A DNA stretch of 64,000 nucleotides, from assembly GCA_963765545.1 (NCBI GenBank), contig CAVXWW010000004.1:1667923-1731922 (forward strand), read 5' to 3'. Within the stretch, counting starts at the first letter, position 1. Every line of letters begins with the position of its first letter. Below the pieces are notes generated by a model, which saw nothing but the letters and a program-made list of their open reading frames with translations, did no database searches and had not been told where the DNA came from. Positions 23,322 through 33,054 of this stretch are shown one piece after another. Made by a program: the position numbers and the translations under genes. Source of the stretch: an uncultured Gammaproteobacteria bacterium (GTDB lineage Bacteria > Pseudomonadota > Gammaproteobacteria > Pseudomonadales > Halieaceae).

Positions 23322-23377
23322 GACATAAAATCCTTATTAGTTTGTGACTCTTGGAAAAGTACCCTTAATCGTTGTAA

Positions 23378-23405
23378 ATGACAAAGAGCGAAGCTCCGGT
23401 ATACT
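23378..23405 (+). promoter_or_regulatory. candidate sigma70 promoter for rimO
   Basis: ATGACA (23378-23383), 16-nt spacer, TATACT (23400-23405), about 30 nt upstream of the rimO ATG. Confidence 0.35.
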
Positions 23406-23435
23406 CTGGGCCTCTCCGAATTGTAGTGTAATCCT

Positions 23436-24758
23436 ATGAGCAAAAACTCTAACAAGGTCGGCTTTGTCAGTCTTGGCTGCCCCAAGGCGCTGGTGGATTC
23501 CGAGCGCATCCTTACCCAGCTCAAGATCGACGGCTACGACATCGTGCCCAGCTACGAGGATGCTGAAATCGTAGTGGTCAATACCTGCGGCTTTATAGAC
23601 AGCGCCAAGCAGGAATCCCTGGATGCCATCGGCGAGGCCATCAGCGAAAACGGCAGGGTAATCGTGACGGGGTGCATGGGCAAGGGCGATGATGCCCGGG
23701 CCATTATGCAGGCACACCCCCAGGTACTAAGTGTGACCGGCCCCGCCGCCTATGAAGAAGTTGTTGGTGCGGTGCATCAATATGTGCCCCATACCCCGGA
23801 GCACGACCCGTTCCAGGACCTGGTGCCGCCCCAGGGCGTCAAGCTGACCCCGCGCCACTACGCCTACCTGAAAATTTCCGAAGGCTGCAACCACCGCTGC
23901 AGCTTCTGCATTATACCCTCCATGCGCGGGGACCTGGTCAGCCGCCCCATCGGTGATGTTATGGAGGAGGCGGAGCGACTGGTTCGCGCCGGCGTGCGGG
24001 AACTGCTGGTGATATCACAAGATACCAGTGCCTATGGCGTGGATACCAAATTCCGCACGGGCTTCTGGAATGGTCGTCCAATGAAGACTCACATGCAGCA
24101 ACTGTGCGAGGCGCTGGGGGAACTTGGGGTCTGGGTGCGCCTGCATTACGTCTACCCCTACCCTCACGTGGACAAGGTAATCCCGCTGATGGCCGGGGGC
24201 AAGATCCTGCCCTACCTGGATGTGCCACTGCAACACGGCAGTCCCGAGATACTCAAACGCATGAAGCGCCCGGCGGCCGCCGAGAAGTCACTGGAACGCA
24301 TAAAGCGCTGGCGGGAAATCTGCCCCGATATCACCCTGCGCAGTACTTTTATCGTCGGATTTCCCGGCGAAACCGAGGACGACTTTGAACAGCTCCTTGA
24401 GTTCATGGAGGAAGCGCAATTAGACCGGGTGGGCTGCTTCCAGTACTCCCCGGTGAAGGGTGCCGCCGCCAATGAACTTCCCGATCATGTTCCGGAAGAG
24501 ATCAAACAGGAACGCTGGGAGCGCTTTATGGCTCAGCAACAGGATATCAGTACCGATCGGCTACAGGCCAAAATCGGCAAGACCCTGGAAGTACTGATAG
24601 ACAGCGTGGATGAAAAGGGCGCGGTCGGTCGCTCCAGTGCAGACGCACCGGAGATCGACGGCAAGGTCTATCTGGATGGCATTACCGACCTCAATCCCGG
24701 GGACCTGGTGGAAGCCGAGATCACGGGCGCGGACGAATACGACCTCTGGGCCGGGTGA
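23436..24758 (+). CDS. rimO: ribosomal protein S12 methylthiotransferase
   Basis: 440 aa. [14 protein letters not shown]-terminal cluster, radical-SAM CNHRCSFC, C-terminal TRAM. Confidence 0.95.
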   Translation: MSKNSNKVGFVSLGCPKALVDSERILTQLKIDGYDIVPSYEDAEIVVVNTCGFIDSAKQESLDAIGEAISENGRVIVTGCMGKGDDARAIMQAHPQVLSVTGPAAYEEVVGAVHQYVPHTPEHDPFQDLVPPQGVKLTPRHYAYLKISEGCNHRCSFCIIPSMRGDLVSRPIGDVMEEAERLVRAGVRELLVISQDTSAYGVDTKFRTGFWNGRPMKTHMQQLCEALGELGVWVRLHYVYPYPHVDKVIPLMAGGKILPYLDVPLQHGSPEILKRMKRPAAAEKSLERIKRWREICPDITLRSTFIVGFPGETEDDFEQLLEFMEEAQLDRVGCFQYSPVKGAAANELPDHVPEEIKQERWERFMAQQQDISTDRLQAKIGKTLEVLIDSVDEKGAVGRSSADAPEIDGKVYLDGITDLNPGDLVEAEITGADEYDLWAG

Positions 24759-24765
24759 GCGCGGG

Positions 24766-25473
24766 GTGAACCTAATACTATTCAGCCCAGCGGACCGGCT
24801 GGACGAACAGCGCATTTCAGTCACAGACAAGCGACTCAAACACCTGCTGGAGGTACTGAATGCCCAGGTGGGACAGAAGCTGAGAGTGGGCGAACTGAAT
24901 GGGATGATGGGTAGCGGCGAGATCCTGGAGATCAATCAGGATCTCGCCATAATGGCAGTCACGCTCGAGGAAGACCCGCCACCCAAATTACCCTTGCGGC
25001 TGGTCCTGGCCCTGCCTCGCCCCAAGATGCTCCGCCGCATCATCCGCGCTGTAGCCGAGCTGGGTGTTTTGGAACTACACCTGATCCACTCCTTCCGGGT
25101 GGAAAAAAGCTACTGGCAAACCCCCGCCCTCCAACCAGGTACCCTGCGCGAGTACCTGTTACAAGGCATGGAGCAGTCCCGCGACACCATACTGCCCACT
25201 GTGTACTGCCATCGGCGCTTCAAGCCTTTCACCGAGGACGTACTGCCCGGGCTGTTGGGCGACAGGCTGGCCCTGCTGGCACACCCGGGAGACTACCCAC
25301 CCTGCCCTACCCAGGTACAGCGCGACACCCTGCTGGTGATCGGCCCCGAGGGTGGCTTTATCCCCTATGAAGTCGAGAAACTGGAGAACGCCGGCTGCCA
25401 GGCGGTATCCCTGGGGCCGCGAATCCTGCGGGTTGAAAACGCAATCACCAGTCTGGTCGGACGATTATTCTAG
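24766..25473 (+). CDS. RsmE-family SPOUT RNA methyltransferase (16S rRNA U1498 N3-methyltransferase-like)
   Basis: GTG 24766 (VNLILFSPADRL...). PUA-like N-terminus, then LVLALPRPKMLRRIIRAVAELGV, then C-terminal IGPEGGF...LGPRILRVE. The track ORF start at 24610 overlaps the rimO 3' end and is rejected. Confidence 0.75.
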   Translation: MNLILFSPADRLDEQRISVTDKRLKHLLEVLNAQVGQKLRVGELNGMMGSGEILEINQDLAIMAVTLEEDPPPKLPLRLVLALPRPKMLRRIIRAVAELGVLELHLIHSFRVEKSYWQTPALQPGTLREYLLQGMEQSRDTILPTVYCHRRFKPFTEDVLPGLLGDRLALLAHPGDYPPCPTQVQRDTLLVIGPEGGFIPYEVEKLENAGCQAVSLGPRILRVENAITSLVGRLF

Positions 25474-25581
25474 TCCTCTGCGGCCGGGGACACCGCGATA
25501 TTTTGACGAGGGTCAAGGTGTTGCCGACGGCTTGGCGCTATGGTTGCCTCACACGCGACAAAACAAGACAAGGAACCAGCC

Positions 25582-26040
25582 ATGCTTACGGTTGCAGAAA
25601 TCATGACACGAGAGCCCTATACCCTGTCACCTGACGACAACCTGGCCACCGCGCGCCAAATGCTGGCAGAACACCATATTCGCCACATACCCATCATCAG
25701 CAACGACGGCAACCTGATCGGCATGGTGTCACAAAGAGATGTGCTGGCAGCCGGCGATACCAATGTGCTGAATGAGGCGGGAGAGGGTTCGCGCGACAGT
25801 TACGTGGCCCTGTCTTCAATCATGACTGCGCCGGTGCAAACAGCGGACGAGTCGTCAAGCCTGCGCGGCGCCGCCATGCACCTGCTGAAACACAAGCTGG
25901 GCTGTCTGCCGGTGCTGCGCAGTGGCAAACTGATAGGGATTATCACCGATTCGGATTTCGTCGCGATTGCGGTTAATCTGATGGAACAACTGGAAGCCCA
26001 GGAGCCCGACGAAACCGATTACGACGAACTCGACGCCTAG
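25582..26040 (+). CDS. CBS-pair domain protein
   Basis: Start MLTVAEIMTREPYTL at ATG 25582 with an upstream AAGGAA. Two CBS repeats and an acidic tail. Confidence 0.85.
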   Translation: MLTVAEIMTREPYTLSPDDNLATARQMLAEHHIRHIPIISNDGNLIGMVSQRDVLAAGDTNVLNEAGEGSRDSYVALSSIMTAPVQTADESSSLRGAAMHLLKHKLGCLPVLRSGKLIGIITDSDFVAIAVNLMEQLEAQEPDETDYDELDA

Positions 26041-26191
26041 CGCCAGCGCCCGCTGACGACCTGCCACGAGCCGGTTTGTGGCGTTTCAGTCCGTACCTTG
26101 CAACGCAGCGTTGCTGCGCTGGTGTGGCGAGACGCCTGGAGGGGGACTGCAGATCCCACGTATGATGGTTTAGGCGCTTACAAGCCGCCTG

Positions 26192-26854
26192 TCACGACTC
26201 CGGGACGGCAATTCCTGCCGGGCAGCTCACACCGGTGCCGCCCAGGCCACAGTAGCCCCCGGGGTTTTTGGCCAGGTACTGCTGATGATAATCCTCGGCA
26301 TAATAAAAGGTCGGCGCGGGCAGGATCTCGGTAGTGATCTCGCCGTAGCCGGCACCGTCCAGCGCTTCCTGAAAAGCCAACCTGGACGCCTCGGCCTGCT
26401 GGCCCTGCTCCTCATCGAAGACATAGATCCCCGAGCGATACTGCGTACCGCGATCGTTACCCTGGCGCATGCCCTGGGTGGGATTGTGCCCCTCCCAGAA
26501 AACCTTGAGCAAAGACTCGTATGACACCACCGCGGGATCAAACACCACCAGCACGACCTCGTTATGACCTGTCTTGCCGGTGCACACTTCCTGGTAGCTG
26601 GGGTTGGGGGTTATGCCGGCCGCATATCCGGCCGCTGTGGTGTATACACCCTCGAGCTGCCAGAACATGCGCTCTACACCCCAGAAACAGCCCATGCCAA
26701 ACACCGCCTGGCGCAGGTGATCCGGGAAGGGTCCCTCCAGTGGGTTGCCATTGACGAAGTGTGCCGCAGGTACAGGTACCGGTTGCTCACGCCCTGGCAG
26801 GGCGGATTCTGGATTGGGTATCCGGCTCTTGCCGGTCAAATCAAATAAGCTCAT
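26192..26854 (-). CDS. msrA: peptide-methionine (S)-S-oxide reductase
   Basis: 220 aa. GMGCFWGVE active-site motif. Confidence 0.95.
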   Translation of the reverse strand: MSLFDLTGKSRIPNPESALPGREQPVPVPAAHFVNGNPLEGPFPDHLRQAVFGMGCFWGVERMFWQLEGVYTTAAGYAAGITPNPSYQEVCTGKTGHNEVVLVVFDPAVVSYESLLKVFWEGHNPTQGMRQGNDRGTQYRSGIYVFDEEQGQQAEASRLAFQEALDGAGYGEITTEILPAPTFYYAEDYHQQYLAKNPGGYCGLGGTGVSCPAGIAVPES

Positions 26855-26881
26855 GCCCGCCAGTATAGCGCCCCTCAGCCG

Positions 26882-26918
26882 AAAAAGAAGCGGGCGTCGC
26901 AGCGCTGGGCCCCGCTTC
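26882..26918 (-). terminator. rho-independent terminator candidate downstream of the GFA-family gene
   Basis: On the minus strand: GAAGCGGG, a loop containing the CAGCGCTG sub-palindrome, CCCGCTTC, then TTTTT. Confidence 0.5.
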
Positions 26919-26963
26919 TAGCCAGCCGCCTGAACAACACGCGGACAAGTGCTTACACAGAGA

Positions 26964-27467
26964 TCACGAGTGCGCCGCAAGCAGCACTTTGCGGCGCGCC
27001 AGGCTAGACTCGGGCCAGACATCTTTCGCCCGGTAATACTCTGGAAAAACCTGCGCATCCTGGCCGAGCACAAGCCAGGGCAGCTTTGAACTGGCATAGA
27101 TATGCACGTCGGGTGGCAGCTGGCCTGGCTTGTCCAGGGTCCCGACCCGGACAAACGCGACGAATTGACCAATACCCGCAAACGCATAGTGGCTCCAAAG
27201 CGCCGTCTTGCAAGCGGTGCAGCGGGCAATCTTCTGCCCGGCACCACTCGCGCTGGGCGTGTCCACCTGCTCTACTGTTCCGGCCAACAGCTGCAGGCGA
27301 TCACTCTCTATCAAGGCATTCAGCACAAAACCGGAGCCACTTTCACACTGGCACCAGCTGCAATGGCAACAGTGCACAATCATTGGCGCGCCCACCATAG
27401 AGTAACGGGTGAGGCCGCAGCTGCAGCCTCCCTCCTCAGGCTGTGATTCCGCAGTGTTCGCACTCAT
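26964..27467 (-). CDS. GFA (glutathione-dependent formaldehyde-activating enzyme / CENP-V) family Zn-Cys protein
   Basis: 167 aa. CSCG...HCCHCSWCQ...CTACKT cysteine pattern typical of the GFA fold. Confidence 0.85.
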   Translation of the reverse strand: MSANTAESQPEEGGCSCGLTRYSMVGAPMIVHCCHCSWCQCESGSGFVLNALIESDRLQLLAGTVEQVDTPSASGAGQKIARCTACKTALWSHYAFAGIGQFVAFVRVGTLDKPGQLPPDVHIYASSKLPWLVLGQDAQVFPEYYRAKDVWPESSLARRKVLLAAHS

Positions 27468-27472
27468 ACCGG

Positions 27473-28534
27473 TTACCCGACCCTGGCTTCCATCACTATA
27501 TTAAACGGCGTCTCCGCTACTGTCCTCACGTTGGCGAAGCCGGCCTGCGCCAGCACCTCCCCCAGGCGACGTGGGCCCGCCTGCGCGCCCAGGGCCAGCC
27601 CGACGTCCTGGGATCTGGAGCAGGGTGTGCAGACGGCAGTGGATGCGGCGTAATACATACGGCTCACCGGATTGATGTTATCGCTGACACAATCTCGCGC
27701 CGCCGGCTCTACCAGCAGCAGACTGCCACCGTCCCGGAGTGCGGATTTTGCGTTCATCGCTGCTCCCACCGGGTCCCCCATATCGTGCAGGCAGTCCATA
27801 AAGCAGATTAGATCAAAGTCGATCTCACTGTAGCTACCGGCATCGGCGAGCAGAAACTCGATATTGCCAGCGCACCTGGCCTCCCGGGCGCGCTCCCTGG
27901 CGGTAGTAATGGACTCTTCGTGACTATCGAAGCCATAAAATCGGGAATTCGCAAAGGCGTTCGCCAACACAATGGTTGATGCACCGTGGCCACAGCCAAT
28001 GTCAGCTACCTTGCCACCGCGCGCCAGTTTTTCGGCCACGCCGTCCAGTGCGTGTATCCACTGCGGTATAAGGTTAGCCCGGTACCCCGGACGGAACAAT
28101 GCCTCACTGCCACAGAACAGCCTGTGATGGTGCTCGTCCCAGGCAATGCCTTCGCCCGACTTGAACACCCCGGTGATCTTCTCCTCATCCAGCCAAAGTG
28201 AGGCTGCCACTTCCAAAGCCGGCACCAGGAATACCGGGCTGTCTTCATCAGCCAGCACAGGCACATGGTGATCCGGCAGCTGGTAGTGACCCGATTGTGC
28301 ATCATAATGCACGTAACCACCGGCCACCTGGTTGTTCAGCCACTCCCTGGTGTAACGCTCGTCTGTTTGCGCGCGAGATGCCAGGGTGCCGGACGACAGG
28401 GGGCCCGCCCCTGCCATGGCCTTGTAAAGTCCCAGCTTGTGGCCAACATTTGTCATCACCCCGGATAATGTCGCCGCCACATCCGTTACCACCTGGCCGG
28501 CAAACGCCTCTACCTGCTCCATATTCTGAATCAT
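27473..28534 (-). CDS. class I SAM-dependent methyltransferase with N-terminal dimerisation/wHTH-like domain
   Basis: Start MIQNMEQVEAF at 28534, preceded by AGAGGA. Motif I VADIGCGHGASTIVLA, then ICFMDCLHDMGDP. Confidence 0.8.
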   Translation of the reverse strand: MIQNMEQVEAFAGQVVTDVAATLSGVMTNVGHKLGLYKAMAGAGPLSSGTLASRAQTDERYTREWLNNQVAGGYVHYDAQSGHYQLPDHHVPVLADEDSPVFLVPALEVAASLWLDEEKITGVFKSGEGIAWDEHHHRLFCGSEALFRPGYRANLIPQWIHALDGVAEKLARGGKVADIGCGHGASTIVLANAFANSRFYGFDSHEESITTARERAREARCAGNIEFLLADAGSYSEIDFDLICFMDCLHDMGDPVGAAMNAKSALRDGGSLLLVEPAARDCVSDNINPVSRMYYAASTAVCTPCSRSQDVGLALGAQAGPRRLGEVLAQAGFANVRTVAETPFNIVMEARVG

Positions 28535-28715
28535 CTCTATTCCTCTCATCTTCATTAGATTTGTGGCGTGAAAGCACTGTAAACCCCGCCTGGTCACCCC
28601 CGCACCAATGTGCAGGTACAGACCCCCAGAGCCTGCTCATTGGCGCCTGGGGGCGCGCTTGAAATATCGCTCAAGCAATACTGCGCGGTGCCATTGCCAG
28701 AAAGATTAGCCTGCA

Positions 28716-28757
28716 ATAAGATATAAATATAATTATTATTTATTAATATAAGATATA
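28716..28757. promoter_or_regulatory. AT-rich divergent control region with a 10-bp direct repeat (candidate LysR-type regulator site)
   Basis: ATAAGATATA at 28716-28725 and 28748-28757 (32 bp apart), within a roughly 60-bp nearly pure A/T tract just upstream of the LysR ATG (28761). Confidence 0.3.
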
Positions 28758-28760
28758 GAT

Positions 28761-29666
28761 ATGGCAAATATTAAGAAGATCGACCTCAACCTGCTGCATG
28801 CCCTGCTCATTTTGTTGGAGGAGCGCAATGTCACCCTCAGCGCGGCGCGCATGAACCTCACCCAACCGACCGTCAGCAATATGCTTGCAAGGCTGCGAAC
28901 ACTGTTAAACGACCCGCTTTTCACCCGCACCCGGCACGGCCTGGTGCCTACCAGCCGCGCGCTGGGGCTGGAGCCGGAACTGAGGCAGATATTCAGCTCT
29001 GTCGATGCGATTCTTACACCCGGCAACTTTGACCCACAGACTTGCGACCAGACCGTGATATTGAGCTCCAATGACTATATGCAGTACACGCTGCTGGCAC
29101 CTGCCCTGCTGGAGATGCGCAAGAAGGCGCCCCGCATGAACTTCGCGGTTCGCCAGGCGGAGATCGCCGACATCGTACCCATGATGGAGAAGGGAGCCAT
29201 CGATATCGCGATAACCATTCCGGAGTTCTCCGACGACAGGCTGCGCAGCCAGCTGCTGTATACCGAGCGCTATCTCGTTGCGATGCGCAGGCACCACCCT
29301 TTGGAGCGGGAGAAACTGACCCTGGATGCCTTTCTGGAAATGGACCATGCGATAGTATCCCCCACCGCCGGACAGTTCCGGGGGCCAACGGATCACGCCC
29401 TGAAAAAACTCGGCCTTGCCCGCAAGGTATCGCTGTCGGTTTCGAGTTTTTTCACTCTCATCGAGGTGATCGCGAACAGCGACTATCTTGCACTGATACC
29501 GCAGCGGTTATCGGCAAAGTTTCTCGATCGACTCAGCATAGCTGAACCCCCATTGGCAATCCCGGGCTTCGAGGCAATATCCGCCTGGGGCAACGCCACT
29601 CACCTGGACCCCACCCGGCGCTGGGTACGCGCAGAATTGCTCAGGGCTGCCAACCAACAGCAGTAG
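28761..29666 (+). CDS. LysR-family transcriptional regulator
   Basis: 301 aa. N-terminal HTH (DLNLLHALLILLEERNVTLSAARMNLTQPTVSNMLARLR) plus a substrate-binding domain. Confidence 0.92.
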   Translation: MANIKKIDLNLLHALLILLEERNVTLSAARMNLTQPTVSNMLARLRTLLNDPLFTRTRHGLVPTSRALGLEPELRQIFSSVDAILTPGNFDPQTCDQTVILSSNDYMQYTLLAPALLEMRKKAPRMNFAVRQAEIADIVPMMEKGAIDIAITIPEFSDDRLRSQLLYTERYLVAMRRHHPLEREKLTLDAFLEMDHAIVSPTAGQFRGPTDHALKKLGLARKVSLSVSSFFTLIEVIANSDYLALIPQRLSAKFLDRLSIAEPPLAIPGFEAISAWGNATHLDPTRRWVRAELLRAANQQQ

Positions 29667-29912
29667 TTAGCGCGCCAGACATACCGGCCGGAAACACCCC
29701 TGCCGAGATCGCCCCCACCGCCTCGCTCTGCCGGCCGCAGCCACACCGCCAGCCCGGGGGTCTTTCCCTTGGGGCCGACAAACGTGTAAGCTGGGTAAAA
29801 ACAGCGCCGCCGGAACAAACGCCATAACGCTATTGTCATAAAAGAAAATTAGACTTTATCCGGTTACAAACGCAGTGCCACAGGCGCACTGGACCAACCG
29901 GACGCAAGAGAC

Positions 29913-30116
29913 GTGGTAACAACTATGAACCAGATCAGATTCAACCCAACAGAGCTGTGCAGCCGCAAGCTGTGGCAACTGGTGAGCACGGAAACTGATG
30001 AGCAGGTCAGCGAACGCGAGCTCAAGGATGCCATAGCGGAGCTTGCCAAACGCCGCCATTACCTGGAGCAATTACAACAGATCGGTGCGTTAAAGGGACA
30101 GAGCTCGGGTAACTGA
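29913..30116 (+). CDS. small hypothetical protein (63-67 aa), first gene of the VWA/J-domain operon
   Basis: Track ORF. The likely start is ATG 29925 (MNQIRFNPTELCS...). Helical, charged C-terminal half. Ends 30 nt before the VWA gene. Confidence 0.45.
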   Translation: MVTTMNQIRFNPTELCSRKLWQLVSTETDEQVSERELKDAIAELAKRRHYLEQLQQIGALKGQSSGN

Positions 30117-30146
30117 ATACCCGGCAAGCCCCCTACCTTTGCGCCT

Positions 30147-30833
30147 ATGGCCAAACCTCCCGCTCGCCGATCATCGTCGCAAGATATCGACCAATTCCTG
30201 CAGCAGAGCAAGAACATATCGGAATTTGTCGCCAGGCAGCCGCGCCTGTTATTCGCCATCGACGCCACCGCCAGCCGCCAACCCACCTGGGATAGCGCCA
30301 GTCAGGTGCAACAGGAAATGTTCCTTGCCACGGGCAAGGTTGCCTCGCTAACCGTGCAGCTCGCCTATTATCGCGGCTTCCAGGAGTTTTTCGCCAGCCC
30401 CTGGCTCACCGACAGCCGGGAGCTGGCGCACCTGATGGCCACCGTGCAATGCCAGGGCGGCCACACCCAGATAGCCAGGCTTCTGCGCCACGCGCAGGCA
30501 GAGCACCGCAAGGCGGAGCTGCGAGCCCTGGTGTTTATCGGCGACGCAGTGGAGGAAAGCCAGGATACCCTCAGCGACCTGGCCGGGCAGTGCGGCCTGC
30601 TGAAGCTGCCGCTATTCCTCTTTCAGGAGGGGCGGGCGCCAACGGTCGAGGCAACCTTCCGCCATATGGCCAAACTCAGCGGAGGTGCTTTTGCCCGCTT
30701 CGACAGCAGCAGCGCCAGCGCCCTGGCTGCTTTGCTGGGAGCCGTCGCGCGCTATGCTGCAGGCGGGCGGGCCGCACTGGAGAACAGTACCGGCGATAGT
30801 GATAGACTGCTGCTCCAACAACTGAAACCCTGA
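30147..30833 (+). CDS. cytoplasmic von Willebrand factor A (VWA) domain protein
   Basis: 228 aa with no signal peptide. MIDAS-like DATAS ([12 protein letters not shown]), a later GGHT, and FIGDAVEE. Confidence 0.8.
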   Translation: MAKPPARRSSSQDIDQFLQQSKNISEFVARQPRLLFAIDATASRQPTWDSASQVQQEMFLATGKVASLTVQLAYYRGFQEFFASPWLTDSRELAHLMATVQCQGGHTQIARLLRHAQAEHRKAELRALVFIGDAVEESQDTLSDLAGQCGLLKLPLFLFQEGRAPTVEATFRHMAKLSGGAFARFDSSSASALAALLGAVARYAAGGRAALENSTGDSDRLLLQQLKP

Positions 30834-30841
30834 GGCGGCGT

Positions 30842-31558
30842 GTGCCCCGACTGATTCTACTGCTGGCTGTAGCCGCCGTTCTATACCTGATGTTCAGGCG
30901 AGTGCAGACCGTGCCGCCCCACAAACGGCGGGGGGAGTACATCAAACTTGGCCTCGCCATCGCCGCAGCCGTTGTGGTGGTATTGACGCTTACCGGCCGC
31001 ATGCACTGGCTGGGCATTGCGGCCACCGGCCTGCTGGTAGCCCTGCGCGCGCTGCTGCCCACCCTGGTACGCCTGTTCCCACTGCTCGCCACACGCCTGT
31101 CCCAGGGAGCGTCAGCCCAGGGTCAGGGGCAGTCCTCTACCGTGGAAACTGCCGTACTGCGCATGCAGCTTGCCCACGACACCGGCGATCTGCAGGGCGA
31201 GGTCTTAAAAGGCGACTATACGGGGTGGCGACTGGCCGACATGGACCGCCAACAGCTCGAAGAACTGATGGTATTTTGCCGCAGTGAGGACGCCGATTCC
31301 GCCCGGCTGCTGGACAGCTACCTGCAGCAGCGCTTTCCCGGCGAGGGGCCCTTCGGCCAGGCCCAGGCCAATAACGACCACGGCGGCAATATGAACCGGC
31401 AGGAAGCGCTCGCCATTCTCGGCCTGAGCGAGGGCGCCAGCCAGGAGGATATTGTCAGTGCCCACCGCAAACTGATCCAGAAGCTGCACCCCGATCGCGG
31501 TGGTAACGACTACCTCGCGGCCAAAATCAACCAGGCAAAAGACGTTTTGCTGGAATAA
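30842..31558 (+). CDS. membrane-anchored J-domain co-chaperone (DjlA-like architecture)
   Basis: GTG start 8 nt after the VWA stop. Three N-terminal TM helices, a middle domain, and a C-terminal J domain ([37 protein letters not shown] motif). Confidence 0.85.
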   Translation: MPRLILLLAVAAVLYLMFRRVQTVPPHKRRGEYIKLGLAIAAAVVVVLTLTGRMHWLGIAATGLLVALRALLPTLVRLFPLLATRLSQGASAQGQGQSSTVETAVLRMQLAHDTGDLQGEVLKGDYTGWRLADMDRQQLEELMVFCRSEDADSARLLDSYLQQRFPGEGPFGQAQANNDHGGNMNRQEALAILGLSEGASQEDIVSAHRKLIQKLHPDRGGNDYLAAKINQAKDVLLE

Positions 31559-31682
31559 CGCCGCTGAAGGGCATCCCGGCGCCCCGCAAAACTCTTTGCA
31601 GTAACCCCTGCAGTACCCTCTGGCCAGTGCCGGAATAAATGCTTAAACTTGCGCCCACACTCTCCGTGACACCCCTACTTTT

Positions 31683-32042
31683 ATGACTGACGCATATGTT
31701 ATCCGCAATCAACTCGGGCACTACTGGGGCAAAAGCAAGGCCTGGGTCGATGGGTCGCAGCCCCGCCTGGTATTGCGCGCCCAGCACCGCGACGAGGCGG
31801 TTAACACCCTGTTCGAACTCAGCTCGAAAGACTTCGAACTGCGCGGCGACGTCATCACTGTTGAACTCACCGAGCGCGGCGAGCCTGTTATCGAGCCCAG
31901 CCAGAACCCGCTGCCACTGGAGCCCGGGACTGACGACCCCGCAGAGGCAGCGGACACACAACCGGCCACCACTGACGGGACTGAGCCCGCGGACAGCGCA
32001 GAAGCAGAAAAAGACATCGAAACCGCCCAACAGGCTCCCTGA
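31683..32042 (+). CDS. hypothetical protein with acidic Pro/Thr-rich tail
   Basis: 119-aa track ORF. The globular N-terminal 75 aa look coding. No recognisable family. Confidence 0.5.
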   Translation: MTDAYVIRNQLGHYWGKSKAWVDGSQPRLVLRAQHRDEAVNTLFELSSKDFELRGDVITVELTERGEPVIEPSQNPLPLEPGTDDPAEAADTQPATTDGTEPADSAEAEKDIETAQQAP

Positions 32043-32068
32043 ACCAGACCAAAGTTGCTGCCGCAGGG

Positions 32069-32096
32069 CTTGAAAAACGGGCCAGAATCACCATAT
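32069..32096 (+). promoter_or_regulatory. sigma32 (RpoH)-type heat-shock promoter upstream of htpX
   Basis: CTTGAAA (32069-32075), 13-nt spacer, CACCATAT (32089-32096), compared with the consensus CTTGAAA-N13-15-CCCCATnT. It lies 77 nt upstream of the htpX ATG. Confidence 0.6.
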
Positions 32097-32172
32097 CCTG
32101 CTACTAGAGCGCCGGCACTATTATCGTCGGTGTACCCGTTGTTTTACCGGCTAAAGGGGCGCGTCAGGTCCG

Positions 32173-33054
32173 ATGAGAATCATCTTATTCCTCGCTACCA
32201 ATATCGCAGTACTGGTATTGGTCAGTATCGTATTCAACCTGCTTGGCCTGGGCGGCATCCTCGCCGAGAACGGGGTCGACCTGAACCTTGGCGCGCTGCT
32301 TGTGATGTGCGCCGTGTTTGGCTTTGGTGGCTCACTCATTTCACTGTTTCTGTCCAAATGGATGGCCAAGCGCAGCACCGGCACCCGCATTATTGAACAA
32401 CCCGCCAACCGCGACGAGGAGTGGCTGGTCAGCACGGTGAAGGAGCTGGCAACGGAGGCGGGCATTGGTATGCCTGAGGTAGGGATCTTTCCCTCCCAGG
32501 CCTCCAACGCCTTCGCCACCGGCTGGAACCGCAATAGCGCGCTGGTGGCCATCAGCGAGGGTTTGCTGCAGCGCTTCAGTCGGGAAGAAGCAAAAGCAGT
32601 CATGGCCCATGAGATCGGGCACGTCGCCAATGGCGACATGGTTACCCTTACCTTGATACAGGGCGTGGTAAACACCTTTGTCATGTTTTTCGCCCGCATC
32701 ATCGGTCACGCGGTAGACCGGATCGTATTCAAGACCGAGCGCGGCTACGGCATCGGCTACTACGTGGTCACCATGGTGGCCCAGTTAGTGCTGGGTATTC
32801 TTGCGAGTATGATCGTGTTCTGGTTCTCGCGCTGGCGAGAATTCCGGGCCGACGCAGCATCCGCTTCACTGACCAGCAATGGCGACATGATTGCCGCGCT
32901 GCAGAGATTGCGCCAGGAGCAGGGACTGCCACAGGACCTGCCGGGTGAGCTCACCGCCTTTGGCATAAATGAGCAGCTCAAGCAGGGCATAGGCGCCCTG
33001 TTCAGCTCCCATCCGCCGCTGGAAGACAGGATCAGGGCGCTGGGAGGAGCGTGA
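32173..33054 (+). CDS. htpX: membrane zinc metalloprotease HtpX
   Basis: 293 aa. [15 protein letters not shown]-terminus and the HEIGH zinc motif ([13 protein letters not shown]). Confidence 0.95.
   Translation: MRIILFLATNIAVLVLVSIVFNLLGLGGILAENGVDLNLGALLVMCAVFGFGGSLISLFLSKWMAKRSTGTRIIEQPANRDEEWLVSTVKELATEAGIGMPEVGIFPSQASNAFATGWNRNSALVAISEGLLQRFSREEAKAVMAHEIGHVANGDMVTLTLIQGVVNTFVMFFARIIGHAVDRIVFKTERGYGIGYYVVTMVAQLVLGILASMIVFWFSRWREFRADAASASLTSNGDMIAALQRLRQEQGLPQDLPGELTAFGINEQLKQGIGALFSSHPPLEDRIRALGGA

Noticed and set aside
17659-23390. The 9-mer TAAATGACA near both edges of the low-GC patch (about 17714 and about 23375) as att-like direct repeats of a genomic island.
   Set aside because: It is too short to be significant. 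No integrase, tRNA or transposase is present. The right-hand copy overlaps the putative rimO -35 region.
24610-24765. The upstream extension of the rsmE-like ORF that overlaps the rimO 3' end.
   Set aside because: The extension is out of frame with rimO and Arg/Ser/Thr-rich. GTG 24766, 8 nt after the rimO stop, gives a family-typical N-terminus.
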